From positions 471,390 to 535,389 of the forward strand of contig CBDCTD010000001.1 of the NCBI GenBank assembly GCA_965222095.1: a stretch of DNA of 64,000 bases. Direction: 5' to 3'. Below the pieces are notes generated by a model. It made no database searches, had not been told where the DNA came from, and saw nothing but the letters and a program-made list of their open reading frames with translations. Made by a program: the position numbers and the translations under genes. Below are positions 53,143-62,817 of the stretch, in pieces; within the stretch, counting starts at the first letter, position 1, and every line of letters begins with the position of its first letter. Source of the stretch: Bryobacterales bacterium (GTDB lineage: Bacteria > Acidobacteriota > Terriglobia > Bryobacterales > UBA6623).

Positions 53143-54458
53143 CACTACTGTCCCAACGTTGCATCACGAAATCCGTATAAGTTTCTATTTTACAACGTGA
53201 TAGGGGCTGTTTCGGGAGAAATCGATTTGCACGGCCCCGACGATCCGGCAGCCGGGCGGCGGTACGATGCTGGGCATGCTTGCCGGACGCAGCGTTTTCT
53301 CCCAGTTGATCGATCTGTTCCCCTTGGCCGAGTTCCGCCGTTCGGTCGAGCGCTACGGCGGAAACTACAAAATCCAGCGCTTTAGCTGTCTCGACCAGTT
53401 CCTGTGTCTCGCCTTCGCCCAACTCACCCCCCGCGAGAGCCTGCGCGATATCGAAGTCTGTCTGCGCGCCGTCCAACCACGGCTCTACCACATGGGTTTT
53501 CGCAGCCCCATCTCCCGTAACACGCTGGCCAAGGCCAACGCCAAACGCGACTGGCGCATCTACGCCCACGTCGCGCAGGTCCTGATCCGCCAAGCCCGGC
53601 AACTCTACGCCCACGAAGATCTCGGGCTGGAACTCGACCAAACGGTTTATGCGCTGGATTCCACCACCATCGATCTGTGCTTGTCGTTGTTCCCCTGGGC
53701 CCCGTTCCAACGCCGCAAAGCCGCCCTGAAGATTCACGCCATGTTGGACCTGCGGGGCAGTATTCCCAGTTTTATTCGCGTGACTTCGGCACACCTCAGC
53801 GATGTCAGCGTGTTGGATGATTTCCTGCCCCAGCCGGGCGCCTGCTATGTCATGGATCGCGGATACATTCATTTCGCCCGCCTGTATCGGCTGACGACGG
53901 CGGCCGCCTTCTTTGTCGTCCGCACTCGAAAGAACATGCAGTACCGTCGACGCTATTCGCATCGCGTGGACAAAGCGACCGGACTGCGCTCGGATCAGAC
54001 GATCGTATTAACCGGTCAGGATTCCGCCCACGACTATCCCGCCCCCGCTCGGTTGATCCGCTTCTGGGACAGGCAACACAACCTCCGTCTACGCTTTCTG
54101 ACCAATAATTTTCAATTGCCCGCGCTCACCATCGCCCAGCTATACAAGCGCCGCTGGGACGTGGAGTTGTTCTTTAAGTGGATCAAGCAACACCTCCGCA
54201 TCAAGAAGTTCTACGGCACCTCGGCCAACGCGGTGAAGACGCAGATCTGGGTCGCTATGATCGTCTATTTGCTCGTGGCGATCCTCAGCAAACAGCACGG
54301 CATCGAGGTCGGACTCTACAGAATTCTACAGATTCTCAGCGTCACCGTTTTCGAGAAAACCCCCATGCTACAGGTGTTACAGGGTCTCGACTTCCAACTT
54401 CCGCGACCCACCCTTTCTACCCAACTGACTCTATTTGACTTATGATGGGACAGTAGTG
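53143..54458 (+). mobile_element. IS4-family insertion sequence, copy 1 (intact)
   Basis: The 13-bp TIR CACTACTGTCCCA has its reverse complement at 54446-54458. Flanking direct repeat: ATACGGGAG (53134-42) / CTACGGGAG (54459-67). Confidence 0.85.
53267..54445 (+). CDS. IS4-family DDE transposase (DUF4372 N-terminus type)
   Basis: FSCLDQFLCLAFAQLTPRESLRDIE..., YALDSTTIDLCLSLFPWA..., YVMDRGYIHF..., LYKRRWDVELFFKWIKQHLRIKKFYGTS.... Confidence 0.9.
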   Translation: MLGMLAGRSVFSQLIDLFPLAEFRRSVERYGGNYKIQRFSCLDQFLCLAFAQLTPRESLRDIEVCLRAVQPRLYHMGFRSPISRNTLAKANAKRDWRIYAHVAQVLIRQARQLYAHEDLGLELDQTVYALDSTTIDLCLSLFPWAPFQRRKAALKIHAMLDLRGSIPSFIRVTSAHLSDVSVLDDFLPQPGACYVMDRGYIHFARLYRLTTAAAFFVVRTRKNMQYRRRYSHRVDKATGLRSDQTIVLTGQDSAHDYPAPARLIRFWDRQHNLRLRFLTNNFQLPALTIAQLYKRRWDVELFFKWIKQHLRIKKFYGTSANAVKTQIWVAMIVYLLVAILSKQHGIEVGLYRILQILSVTVFEKTPMLQVLQGLDFQLPRPTLSTQLTLFDL

Positions 54459-55309
54459 CTACGGGAGGGCATTCGCGCAACGAAGAGTATCTGCTCTCCA
54501 CCCAGATAGCCGAATTGCCGAGACCAGAACAACATCGCGTAGGCATCGAAGAACCCCGCAACCTTGACCTCGGAGAGCATTTCCCACCCGAAGTGGGTAA
54601 AGCAGAGGCAGCCCGCTTGGCTTATTGGGTCTTCGTGATACTCGGGCTCCATCAGGTGTTCGATCGCCCCGTCGTCTTTGACCCGAGCGCGGATCAGATT
54701 TTGTTCCTCGTCACGGTTGAAAGGGACCGTCCAGAGCATCGTGCCGCCGGGTTTTAGAATCCGATAGGCCTCCCGGAAGGCAGCGTTGAAGTCTGCGAAG
54801 TGCTCGAAGCAGTCCAGGGAGATCACGTAATCGAAACTCTCGTCGGGAAAGGTCAGGTGAGTCAGATCCTCGTTTCGAAGACCGCGATGATCGGTCTTGC
54901 CAAATTCCGTGGCCTTTCCCAGATACTCGCTTCCGGTTACGTTCGGGAACTTCGAAGTAAGAAACGTGTAGAAGGGCGTTACCTGCTCGGAAATATAGAT
55001 CGCGTCATCGGGATGGATCCCCAATTCCATGTCTAGCATGTGAGCGGTGGCCCTCATCCGGTTGTTCAGGCCCGTTACGGGGCAGATGAGCACTTCGCGC
55101 CAGTTAACGCGACTGCCGACCGCGTAAAGATAGCTTGCGGCGAAGTTGACGACCTTTCCCGCCGGGTATGAGTACCCCGGAACCAGGAAATCTCGCGGTG
55201 GGTCCGGCGGAAGTGCATTCTCCACTTGTTTGTACCGGGAAAACTCCTCACCCATCCGGGTTACGTGGGACCGGTATTCGGTGTGGCTCCGCAGTCTGAA
55301 CACTCGCAC
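54440..55309 (-). CDS. class I SAM-dependent methyltransferase, 3' end replaced by IS4 copy 1
   Basis: Methyltransferase core (FDYVISLDCFEHFADFNAAFREAYRILKPGGTMLW). The last 6 codons (STTVPS) and the stop come from the IS end. The pre-insertion reading continues into 53134-53078 as ...SRMVFPPLFARLWSQLAPHHRR-stop. Confidence 0.75.
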   Translation of the reverse strand: MRVFRLRSHTEYRSHVTRMGEEFSRYKQVENALPPDPPRDFLVPGYSYPAGKVVNFAASYLYAVGSRVNWREVLICPVTGLNNRMRATAHMLDMELGIHPDDAIYISEQVTPFYTFLTSKFPNVTGSEYLGKATEFGKTDHRGLRNEDLTHLTFPDESFDYVISLDCFEHFADFNAAFREAYRILKPGGTMLWTVPFNRDEEQNLIRARVKDDGAIEHLMEPEYHEDPISQAGCLCFTHFGWEMLSEVKVAGFFDAYAMLFWSRQFGYLGGEQILFVARMPSRSTTVPS

Positions 55310-55688
55310 GATAGATCTCTTCGATGAGGTTGACCTTCAGCCTACAGCAGAATGCCAGTGATTGACGCCTAGCATTGGATGCGCATGTCCCGGATCCTCT
55401 CGCAGTCCAAGATCTGCTGTTGCGGCTTGCGAACTTCCTCATAAAGGCCCAGGGAGACCCAAAGGCCATGAAGAAGCAAGGACGTTATCACCACTTTGGC
55501 GTGGACTGGCCGGGAGAGTCGTTCAGCAAGTCAGCACGCTGTGTGGCGTCGAGGGTGAAGACGCTGGAACGGGACAGACACTCTGCCCCGACTGTGCCCA
55601 GGGCGCCATCACCTTGAATTTTTGTGGGTTGGGACCGGAGAGCCTCCGGCAGTTCTTTTCCGCGCTCAGGGCGATAGACCCTTGTACT

Positions 55689-57355
55689 GAACCCGCATTT
55701 CCAATTTGATTCAGACCTCTCGACCTTCCGGCGGCCTTGAGCGTCTTTATTCATAGGGGCTAGAGCCCGATGAGGACGCCATGGAGGCCAACACCCAATG
55801 GGTGAAAAACAAACCAAGCCATTCCAGCTAAGTTTCAACGGCTCGTTGAAAGTCGATTTCCAGGGATCGCACGTCACTTCCGACGGTGGCTTGATCCTGG
55901 TTCGGGAGTTGGACGAGCGACTCGGACTCGGGAAACTGATCGGCGAGCATCTCACCGACTCCCGGCAAGGCACAAACAAGCAGTTCACGTTCGCTGATCT
56001 GTTGCGGCAGTCGGTCTACAGCCGCTTGGCAGGCTACGAGGACGTCAACGACGCCGTCCGAGTGTCGGCTGACCCGACGTTTCGCTTGATCGGCTCGCAG
56101 AAGATCTGGGATCGCGGTGCGGCCTTGACCTCGACGCTGCACGGCTTCGAGACGGAGATGCTGGCGAGCGAAGAGAACCTGCTGGGGCTGATGGCGCTGA
56201 ACCGAGAGCTGGTCGGGCAAGCGGAGGCGTTCGACGACTCCGAGCGGGTCGTTCTGGACATGGACTCCACCGAGAGTCCGGTCCATGGCCAACAGGAAGG
56301 CAGTGCCTACAACGGACACTTCGAGTCGGTCTGCTACCACCCGTTGCTTTTGTTCAACGGTCATGGTGATTGCCTCGCTGCCAAGCTGCGTCCCGGCAAC
56401 GTGCACAGCGCCGAGGACTGGGATGAGCTATTGTTGCCGGAGATCGAGCGCCAACTGGCCGAAGGCAAACAGGTCACCTTTCGCGCCGATGCCGCCTTCG
56501 CCAAGCCCGAGATCTACGAAGCACTGGAGGAGCGCGGCGCGGACTACGCGATCCGCATTCCGGCCAATAAGAGCCTGGAGCTGGAGATCGAAGACATCCT
56601 GTTTCGTCCGCCGGGGAGGCCCGGCCGCAAGCCGCTAGTGCGCTACAAGAGCTTTCGCTATCAGGCGGAGAGCTGGAAGGGGCCCAGACGAGTTGTCGCC
56701 AAGGTCGAGCACCACCAGGGCGAGCTATTCGCGCGCGTCGGTTTTATCGTGACGAACATGAGCTTGCCAAGCCGGTCGGTGGTGCGTTTCTACAACAAGC
56801 GCGGCACGGCGGAGCAGTGGATCAAAGAAGGTAAGCAAGCGACGCACTGGACGCGGCTGTCGTGCCATCGCTTCCGGGCGAACGAGGTGCGCTTGCAGCT
56901 CAGCGTGCTGGCCTATAACCTGGGCAACTTGTGGCGGCGGCTGGGGCTGCCGCAACGGATCAAGAGCTGGTCGCTGACGAGCTTGCAGCACCGGCTGATG
57001 AAGACGGGCGGACGGCTAATTAAACACGCGCGGTATTACTGGCTCTTGTTCGCGGAGGGACATCTGAACCGGCGCCTGTTTGGCGACATGCTGCGGAGGA
57101 TCTGGGCGCTGCCTGTGCCGGGCGGGTAGCACGCGACTTGCCGAATGCGAAACCTGAGTACTGAGGACGGAAGCTCGGAAGGGTGTCTGCGAAATTGACT
57201 TCGCAGCGGCGGATCAGCCCCCATGAGGGGCAAGAAGGGGGCTCGATCGGTTCCGCCTCAGCCGCCGCCTCTTTCGGGTGGAGAAATAGTTGCGCTTCGC
57301 CGGGTGAGGGTGTAGACTCGTGCCGTCAGAGGAGCCAAATCGGAAATTCTCGTTT
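55689..57355 (+). mobile_element. IS1380-family insertion sequence (ends approximate)
   Basis: Imperfect terminal inverted repeats lie around ATTTCCAATTTGATTC (55697-55712) and GAGCCAAATCGGAAAT (57332-57347). No clear target duplication. Confidence 0.55.
55798..57129 (+). CDS. IS1380-family transposase
   Basis: 443 aa containing FQLSFNGSLKVDFQGSHVTSDGGLILVRELDERLGL, LAGYEDVNDAVRVSADPTF, VLDMDSTESPVHGQQEGSAYNGHF and YNKRGTAEQWIKEGK. Confidence 0.85.
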   Translation: MGEKQTKPFQLSFNGSLKVDFQGSHVTSDGGLILVRELDERLGLGKLIGEHLTDSRQGTNKQFTFADLLRQSVYSRLAGYEDVNDAVRVSADPTFRLIGSQKIWDRGAALTSTLHGFETEMLASEENLLGLMALNRELVGQAEAFDDSERVVLDMDSTESPVHGQQEGSAYNGHFESVCYHPLLLFNGHGDCLAAKLRPGNVHSAEDWDELLLPEIERQLAEGKQVTFRADAAFAKPEIYEALEERGADYAIRIPANKSLELEIEDILFRPPGRPGRKPLVRYKSFRYQAESWKGPRRVVAKVEHHQGELFARVGFIVTNMSLPSRSVVRFYNKRGTAEQWIKEGKQATHWTRLSCHRFRANEVRLQLSVLAYNLGNLWRRLGLPQRIKSWSLTSLQHRLMKTGGRLIKHARYYWLLFAEGHLNRRLFGDMLRRIWALPVPGG

Positions 57356-57459
57356 AAGAGGAACTTGCCGCGCAATGGCTTGCTGGAGGTGAAGGGAGGA
57401 GAAGCGGTTTCGGACATCCAGGCTGAACCAATGTCGTCGGCGGCACCGGCCCCGAGAGT

Positions 57460-57560
57460 ATCTGGGCTTCCTGCGGCGAATCGACAAAACCGTTCCTGCG
57501 AGTTTGGACATCCACATCATCGTGGACAACTATGCCAGCCATAAGCATGCTGAGGGCGGC
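57460..57560 (+). pseudogene. IS630-family transposase fragment
   Basis: Reads EYLGFLRRIDKTVPASLDIHIIVDNYASHKH. Compare EFLDFMNQLVDLYQGFELHVVLDNLNTHKP in the intact IS630 transposase at 22527-23606. Confidence 0.55.
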
Positions 57561-57606
57561 CCCATCCAGGGGGCGGATCCCCGCCCGCCGACAGGCTGGA
57601 GGGATC

Positions 57607-57990
57607 TCAGCCGGCGGCAGCGCGGCGAGTCATCCGGTAGAGAACCCGCCCGCTATCCGGGATGGCCGCGCTCTCCCGGATATCGAAAAGACCGCTGAAC
57701 TTTTGCTCAAAGGTCTCCCGCGTGTAGTCCGGAAAAACATCCTTTCGTGAGGAGAGGAGTCGCTGCACCTGGGAGTCTTCCTTGGGGATGAATTCAATGA
57801 TCAGCGTGTGACAGATGGCGCCGAAGAAATCGGCTAGCCGGGCCAGGGGTAGGTTGTTGGAGATGGCCAGGTGGTGGATGAGGGCCAGGGCCAGAACCGT
57901 CTGAGCCGGGCCGCGCTCCAGCAGTGATTGGTGGTCGGATCGGGGGAATCGACCTACACCTCCACGGCCCCATAGGCCAGGACCTCCTTC
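57607..57990 (-). pseudogene. SAM-dependent methyltransferase C-terminal fragment
   Basis: SLLERGPAQTVLALALIHHLAISNNLPLARLADFFGAICHTLIIEFIPKEDSQVQRLLSSRKDVFPDYTRETFEQKF. The N-terminal Rossmann part is missing, and the upstream part of the listed ORF looks like non-coding read-through. Confidence 0.55.
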
Positions 57991-58115
57991 CACCGTTTCG
58001 CGACATCGATTGACGCCTAAACCCAATTCGCGATAAAGGTAATCTGAGCCATAGTTCAGTTGCTCCTTTCGTTGGAGAATAAGTCCTTCAACCCTAGGAT
58101 GCGGCCAGACTATGA

Positions 58116-58243
58116 CGGTTGGGAATGTATTACGGACCAGAGTGCAACACCGAGGCAGTTCGCAACGGGTTGGGCCGGCTCGACAGCGGCACATGGTTCA
58201 TCGAGCCGGGGGCGCCGTGGGAGAGCGGCTATGTGGAGAGATT
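58116..58243 (+). pseudogene. IS3-type (rve integrase) transposase fragment, left part, interrupted by IS4 copy 2
   Basis: ...YYGPECNTEAVRNGLGRLDSGTWFIEPGAPWESGYVERF up to the IS4 end. Confidence 0.65.
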
Positions 58244-59562
58244 CACTACTGTCCGGTTAAAAGTAGAATAGAATCAGCTGGTTGGGGTCATGGAGTAAGT
58301 TTTCTTGGGAAGCGGACGGCTGCAAGGCCCGTAAAATGGGCGTTTTCTCGAATAGGGTGACGCTGAGAATTTGTAGGATTTGGTAGAGACTCGCCTCCAG
58401 GCCCAACCTCTTACGCACGATCGCGACCAGCACGTAAACCGAGACGGCGATCCAGATCTGGGTCTTCACGGCGTTCTCGCTGGTGCCGTAGAACTTCTTG
58501 ACCCGCAAGTGCTGCTTGATCCACCTGAAGAACAGCTCCACCTGCCAGCGCGAACGGTAGACCTCGGCGATGGTCAGCGCCGGGAGCGCGAAGTTGTTGG
58601 TCAGGAACTTCAGCCGCTTGTTCGTCGCGGCGTCGAAGTAGCTGACCCGGCACAACGAGTCAGGATAGGCTTGGGCCGATTCGATGGCAGTCAGTATGAC
58701 GGTCTGATCCGAGCTCAAGCCCGTAGACTTGTCGACGGGATGCGAGTAGCGCCGTTGGAGCAAGATGTTCTTCTTGGTTCGCACGACGAAGAACGACGAG
58801 CAGAGGGTGAACACTGAAGAGGCGTTCGAAATCGACGTAGGCCCGATCCATGACGTAGAAGGCGCCGGGCTCGGGGAGGAACTCGTCGAGGATGTTGACG
58901 TCGTGCGTTTTGCCATCGCTAATGCGGATAAACGTGGGGATGTTGCCCCGCAGGTCCAACAGCGTGTGCATCTTCACGGCGGCCTTGCGCCGGCGGAACC
59001 TGGCCCACGGGAACAGCGAGAGGCACAGGTCGATGGTGGTCGAGTCCAGAGCGTAGAGACTTTGATCGAGATCCACGCCGATCGGATCGCGGGCGTACAA
59101 GGGCCGCGCGATGCGAATCAAGACCTGGGCGAAATCGGCATAGATCCGCCAGTCGCCGTGACTCGTTGGCGTCGGCCAGTGTGGAGCGCATCACCTGGGA
59201 GCGGAATCCCATGTGGTAGAGCTTGGCGCCGAGCGAACGCAGGCACGCTTCGATGTCGCGCAGGCTTTCGCGGTAGGTCAGCTGGGCAAACGCCATGCAT
59301 AGGAACTGATCCCAGCAGGAGAAGCCGCACCATCGGCGATCCCCGTCGTAGCGGCTTACGCAGCGGCGGAATTCGCGATCCGGAAGAAAACTGATCAACT
59401 GCGCGAACACGGTGCGTCCGAGGTTCATGAACCATTGTCGCCGCCTCGGAAGTCGTTCTAGCCATCCTTCGCCGTTCAAATCGCGGTAAGGGAAAAACAG
59501 CCCTAAGCCATGCTGGAACAGTCAGTTGCCGCCCGCCCCCGAGTCGTCAACCGGACAGTAGT
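58244..59562 (-). mobile_element. IS4-family insertion sequence, copy 2 (transposase frameshifted twice)
   Basis: The 15-bp TIR CACTACTGTCCGGTT has its reverse complement at 59548-59562. Flanking 9-bp repeat: GGAGAGATT (58235-43) / GGAGAGCTT (59563-71). The transposase is homologous to copy 1 but is spread over ORFs 58919-59479, 58660-59121 and 58257-58916. Confidence 0.85.
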
Positions 59563-59563
59563 G

Positions 59564-59675
59564 GGAGAGCTTCAACGGCAAGGTCCAGGATGCGTGTCTG
59601 AATGAACACTGGTTCATCCATCTCTCCAATGCCCAGCGTAACATCGAAACCTGGAGAATCCACTACAACACCGGT
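59564..59675 (+). pseudogene. IS3-type transposase fragment, right part
   Basis: ESFNGKVQDACLNEHWFIHLSNAQRNIETWRIHYNT continues the left fragment exactly (…GYVE|SFNGK…). Confidence 0.65.
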
Positions 59676-61791
59676 AAACTCGGAGACCGGGAAAGTGGAC
59701 TGGCAGGTCTTAGCTATCGTCTCAGCTTTGGTGTTGCCCATTCTTCTGCTGATACCTCTCCAGGTATTCTTCAACAACATTACGGAACTCTCCGCAGAAT
59801 TATCTTCCTTGCTTCCCTTCTTTCTGCTCACGTCCCTTACGCTTAGCACCCTGGTCTATCTCGCGACAATCAAGGTTTCCAGTCCCTTGGTTCTCGCTTG
59901 CATCACTCTGCTCAGCGTTGTTTGTTTCCTCGAATCCAGGGTCTTCTTCCCTCTTGCAGATCACAGACCGTTCGATGGCCAACCGATTGACTGGACCGCA
60001 CTCCGTGTTCTTTCTATCCTCGAGTGGTCAGCGCTGGTGGTGTTGGCTATCTTGGCCTTCGTGCTGCGGAAACGAAAAGAATTGCTCTTTTCCATTTCAG
60101 CATTCGTTCTGCTTTTTTACGGGACATTGTTGCTTTACACCACATTTTCCAAGTGGGATGCGATCCAGCGAGGAGGTCAGAATTATCTGAGTCAATTCTA
60201 CCGAGTGTCAAAACAGCGAAACATCGTTCAAATCGTTGTCGACCATACCCAGAGCTCTCTAGTGTACGAGATCCTGGCTTCGGACTTAGAGAGATACTCT
60301 GAGGTGTTTGACGGTTTTACGCTTTTCACTCAGGCGGCGGGGAAATATCCGAACACTTATCCGGCAGTGCCCTTCTATATGACGGGGCGGGCACCATCCG
60401 TTGGCGTTAACGTGATCCCCTCCCTACCCTACACTCACGATTACATCCGCAGCCTTCTCAGAGATTACTCCTTTGTGAAGACTCTGGCCGAGAATGGATT
60501 CCACACTTTCGCTTTCCAACTCTCCCCACTGTACTGCCAAGGGGAGTACACTGCCTGCACCAGCGGTCCGATTTTCGAGGGACGATCCGTCACTTCTACC
60601 AGAATGGTGGAAACGATGAGAAACGCCTATAGATTGCTGGATGTCACTCTCTTTCAGATCACACCTGTCACCCTTCGACGCCACATCCACAACGATGATC
60701 AATGGTTCTTGAGTCAACTGACGAAGAAGCAACATACCCCATCCGGTATCCTGGATTTGTTCATCGATAGCCTCGAGGCCAACGACTTTCCTGGTTCCTA
60801 CAACTACTTTCATCACGCTGGGGGACATCCCCCCATCCAGTTTGACGAGCACTGCCAGTTTATCGGCACCAAGAAATGGAACTACGAAAACACGCGCGCG
60901 CAGATCGTCTGCTTCCTGCTACAGCTGGAACGTCTGGTGAGAAAGCTGAAGGAACAGGACATCTACGATCAGTCTTTCATACTCGTAAACGGAGATCACG
61001 GCAGCCAGTGGGTCACGCCCTTGGTGAAATCTCGCACAGGGAGCATCGTGCAGACGCGAATCATCACCTCCGCGAATCCTCTTCTCTTTGTTAAGCCAAG
61101 GGGGACTCGTGGATCTTTGAGATTCTCGAACGCTCCGGTGAGTATTGGAGACATCCCAGCGACGGTGAATCACGCCTTTGGGTTGAACGGAGATTTCCCA
61201 GGCATTCCCATATTCGATATTAGTGAGAGCGATGAACGAGAACGGATCTACCTCTGGTACAAACCGAGACCCGAGGTGTTTATGGAACAGAAACTGCCCC
61301 GGACGATGCCCTACCGAATCCGCGGAAATTTATTCAACCAATACAACTGGATTCCACCTTACCTTTCTGATCTGGAGAATGCTCCCTTCGTCCTTCCCAT
61401 GGATCATGAAAATTTTCATGAGTTTGCCCAGGGCTTCAGCGAATTGGAAGAGGGAAGTGACCGTCCGGCCCGTTGGGTTGAGGGCCGACTAGCCCGCGCC
61501 TACCTTTCCCTTCCTGAAAAGGGAAAGGCTCAGTTGGTTTTGGAATGCTCCTTGCCGCCTGGCGTGAAAGAACAGTCGGTGAAAGTTTCGCTCAATGGGA
61601 ATCCCGTCACTCAACTGGAAGACGCTGACTTGCGTTCCCGCTCCAGACACGTGATTCTCCTACCCGGCAATTTGCCGGGCCAGAAGGTCCATATCATTGA
61701 GTTCAACTTGGCGCAGACAGCGCAAAGGGAAGGAGACCCTCGTGAACTCTCCCTCCTTGTCCGGTATCTCGGACTGGAAAGGGTTTTCTGA
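59602..61791 (+). CDS. membrane-anchored sulfatase-like (alkaline phosphatase superfamily; LtaS/EptA-like) protein
   Basis: About 5 N-terminal TM helices, then a soluble domain with VQIVVDHTQSS (candidate Thr nucleophile region), HHAGGHPP and VNGDHGSQW. The 5' end overlaps the IS3 fragment; a GTG at 59695 preceded by GGAG is a more plausible start. GC is visibly lower than in the backbone. Confidence 0.65.
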   Translation: MNTGSSISPMPSVTSKPGESTTTPVNSETGKVDWQVLAIVSALVLPILLLIPLQVFFNNITELSAELSSLLPFFLLTSLTLSTLVYLATIKVSSPLVLACITLLSVVCFLESRVFFPLADHRPFDGQPIDWTALRVLSILEWSALVVLAILAFVLRKRKELLFSISAFVLLFYGTLLLYTTFSKWDAIQRGGQNYLSQFYRVSKQRNIVQIVVDHTQSSLVYEILASDLERYSEVFDGFTLFTQAAGKYPNTYPAVPFYMTGRAPSVGVNVIPSLPYTHDYIRSLLRDYSFVKTLAENGFHTFAFQLSPLYCQGEYTACTSGPIFEGRSVTSTRMVETMRNAYRLLDVTLFQITPVTLRRHIHNDDQWFLSQLTKKQHTPSGILDLFIDSLEANDFPGSYNYFHHAGGHPPIQFDEHCQFIGTKKWNYENTRAQIVCFLLQLERLVRKLKEQDIYDQSFILVNGDHGSQWVTPLVKSRTGSIVQTRIITSANPLLFVKPRGTRGSLRFSNAPVSIGDIPATVNHAFGLNGDFPGIPIFDISESDERERIYLWYKPRPEVFMEQKLPRTMPYRIRGNLFNQYNWIPPYLSDLENAPFVLPMDHENFHEFAQGFSELEEGSDRPARWVEGRLARAYLSLPEKGKAQLVLECSLPPGVKEQSVKVSLNGNPVTQLEDADLRSRSRHVILLPGNLPGQKVHIIEFNLAQTAQREGDPRELSLLVRYLGLERVF

Positions 61792-62044
61792 GGCGACGGG
61801 TACAGCTAGACGCTTCCGGTGACCACCCAGATAGTGTGCTTTCCAGACAGGTTCTCTCCCCCCACAGCGTCCGATAAAGCTGCTACTGCCTATCCGTTTG
61901 ACGGATGTGTTGCAACGTTGGGAGGAGGCCTGCTGTAGTCCTCTGCCAAGAGCTCGACTTGCTCCTTCAAATCCTCGGCCAGCGACCCGGTCCGCCCGAG
62001 CTGCAGCTTCAAGTCCTTGACCGCTCCTTCGAGCCGCTGCATCT

Positions 62045-62082
62045 GGGGTCATCGCAAGGTTTGTTCGTAGAATTACTCTAAG
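62045..62082 (+). repeat. terminal inverted repeat of a second Tn3-family element
   Basis: GGGGTCATCGCAAGGTTTGTTCGTAGAATTACTCTAAG has the canonical GGGG start and CTAAG end. It lies 25 bp from the 3' end of a resolvase gene. Confidence 0.7.
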
Positions 62083-62107
62083 GGACCGAAGGGCCTCGGT
62101 TTCGACT

Positions 62108-62737
62108 TCAACGCAGCGCCTTTGCGATTCTGTAAGCCGTTGCCCTGCCAATACCAAGCTGTTTTGCGGCTCGAGCGGGTGACAATCCGGCCGCGATGAG
62201 TTTCTGGGCGGCGGAAACCGTCTCCGGGTCGAGCGGCGGTCGGCCCGGTGTTCGCCCGCGTTTCCTGGCGGCGGCGATGCCGTCGCGGGTACGCTCGGAG
62301 ATGAGCCGGCGTTCGAAGTGCGCGATGGAGCCGAAGACGTGGAACACGAGTTCACCGGCCGCGGACGAGGTGTCGAGGCGCTCCTCGAGGCTGATCAGGT
62401 GGATGCCGCGGGCCTTGAGGCCGTCGACGGTTTCGAGCAGCTCCCTGAGTGAGCGTCCGAGCCGGTCGAGGCGAATGATGCAGAGACGGTCACCGGGTCG
62501 GGCGTGATCGATGAGCTCGGCCAGGGCAGGGCGGTCGAAGCGCTTACCCGAGACGATGTCGGTGAAGACGCGAATGGCGCCAGCCTCAATGAGCCGGTCG
62601 CTCTGGGCGTCGGGGTTCTGGTCGTGGGTCGAGACGCGAGCGTAGCCCAGGGTGTCGCCCACGCGGGCCGGCGCCACCGTCTCAATATCGTTCGATTCCA
62701 GGACGGTTTCCGTGGGCATACTTTGAGTTCCGTTCAA
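62108..62737 (-). CDS. tnpR: serine recombinase / resolvase (second Tn3-family element)
   Basis: LGYARVSTHDQNPDAQ..., CIIRLDRLGRS..., and a C-terminal HTH (AAKQLGIGRATAYRI). The true start is probably GTG 62662. Confidence 0.85.
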   Translation of the reverse strand: MNGTQSMPTETVLESNDIETVAPARVGDTLGYARVSTHDQNPDAQSDRLIEAGAIRVFTDIVSGKRFDRPALAELIDHARPGDRLCIIRLDRLGRSLRELLETVDGLKARGIHLISLEERLDTSSAAGELVFHVFGSIAHFERRLISERTRDGIAAARKRGRTPGRPPLDPETVSAAQKLIAAGLSPARAAKQLGIGRATAYRIAKALR

Positions 62738-62750
62738 GGGGTTCGAGGCC

Positions 62751-62790
62751 GTCTCTTTATTTGTCTCTTTATTCTAAACCGTCTCGAAAC
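62751..62790. promoter_or_regulatory. candidate res-site repeats between divergent tnpR and tnpA
   Basis: Tandem GTCTCTTTATT (62751-61 and 62763-73) plus the related GTCTCGAAAC (62781-90). Confidence 0.4.
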
Positions 62791-62817
62791 CGGAACCATC
62801 GTTTTTGGGACGCGCCA

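Noticed and set aside
53143-59562. The two IS4-family copies might form a composite transposon around the methyltransferase and IS1380 region.
   Set aside because: The copies are clearly diverged in sequence. Each has its own flanking direct repeat (TACGGGAG versus GGAGAG(A/C)TT), and one is frameshifted. They are independent insertions.
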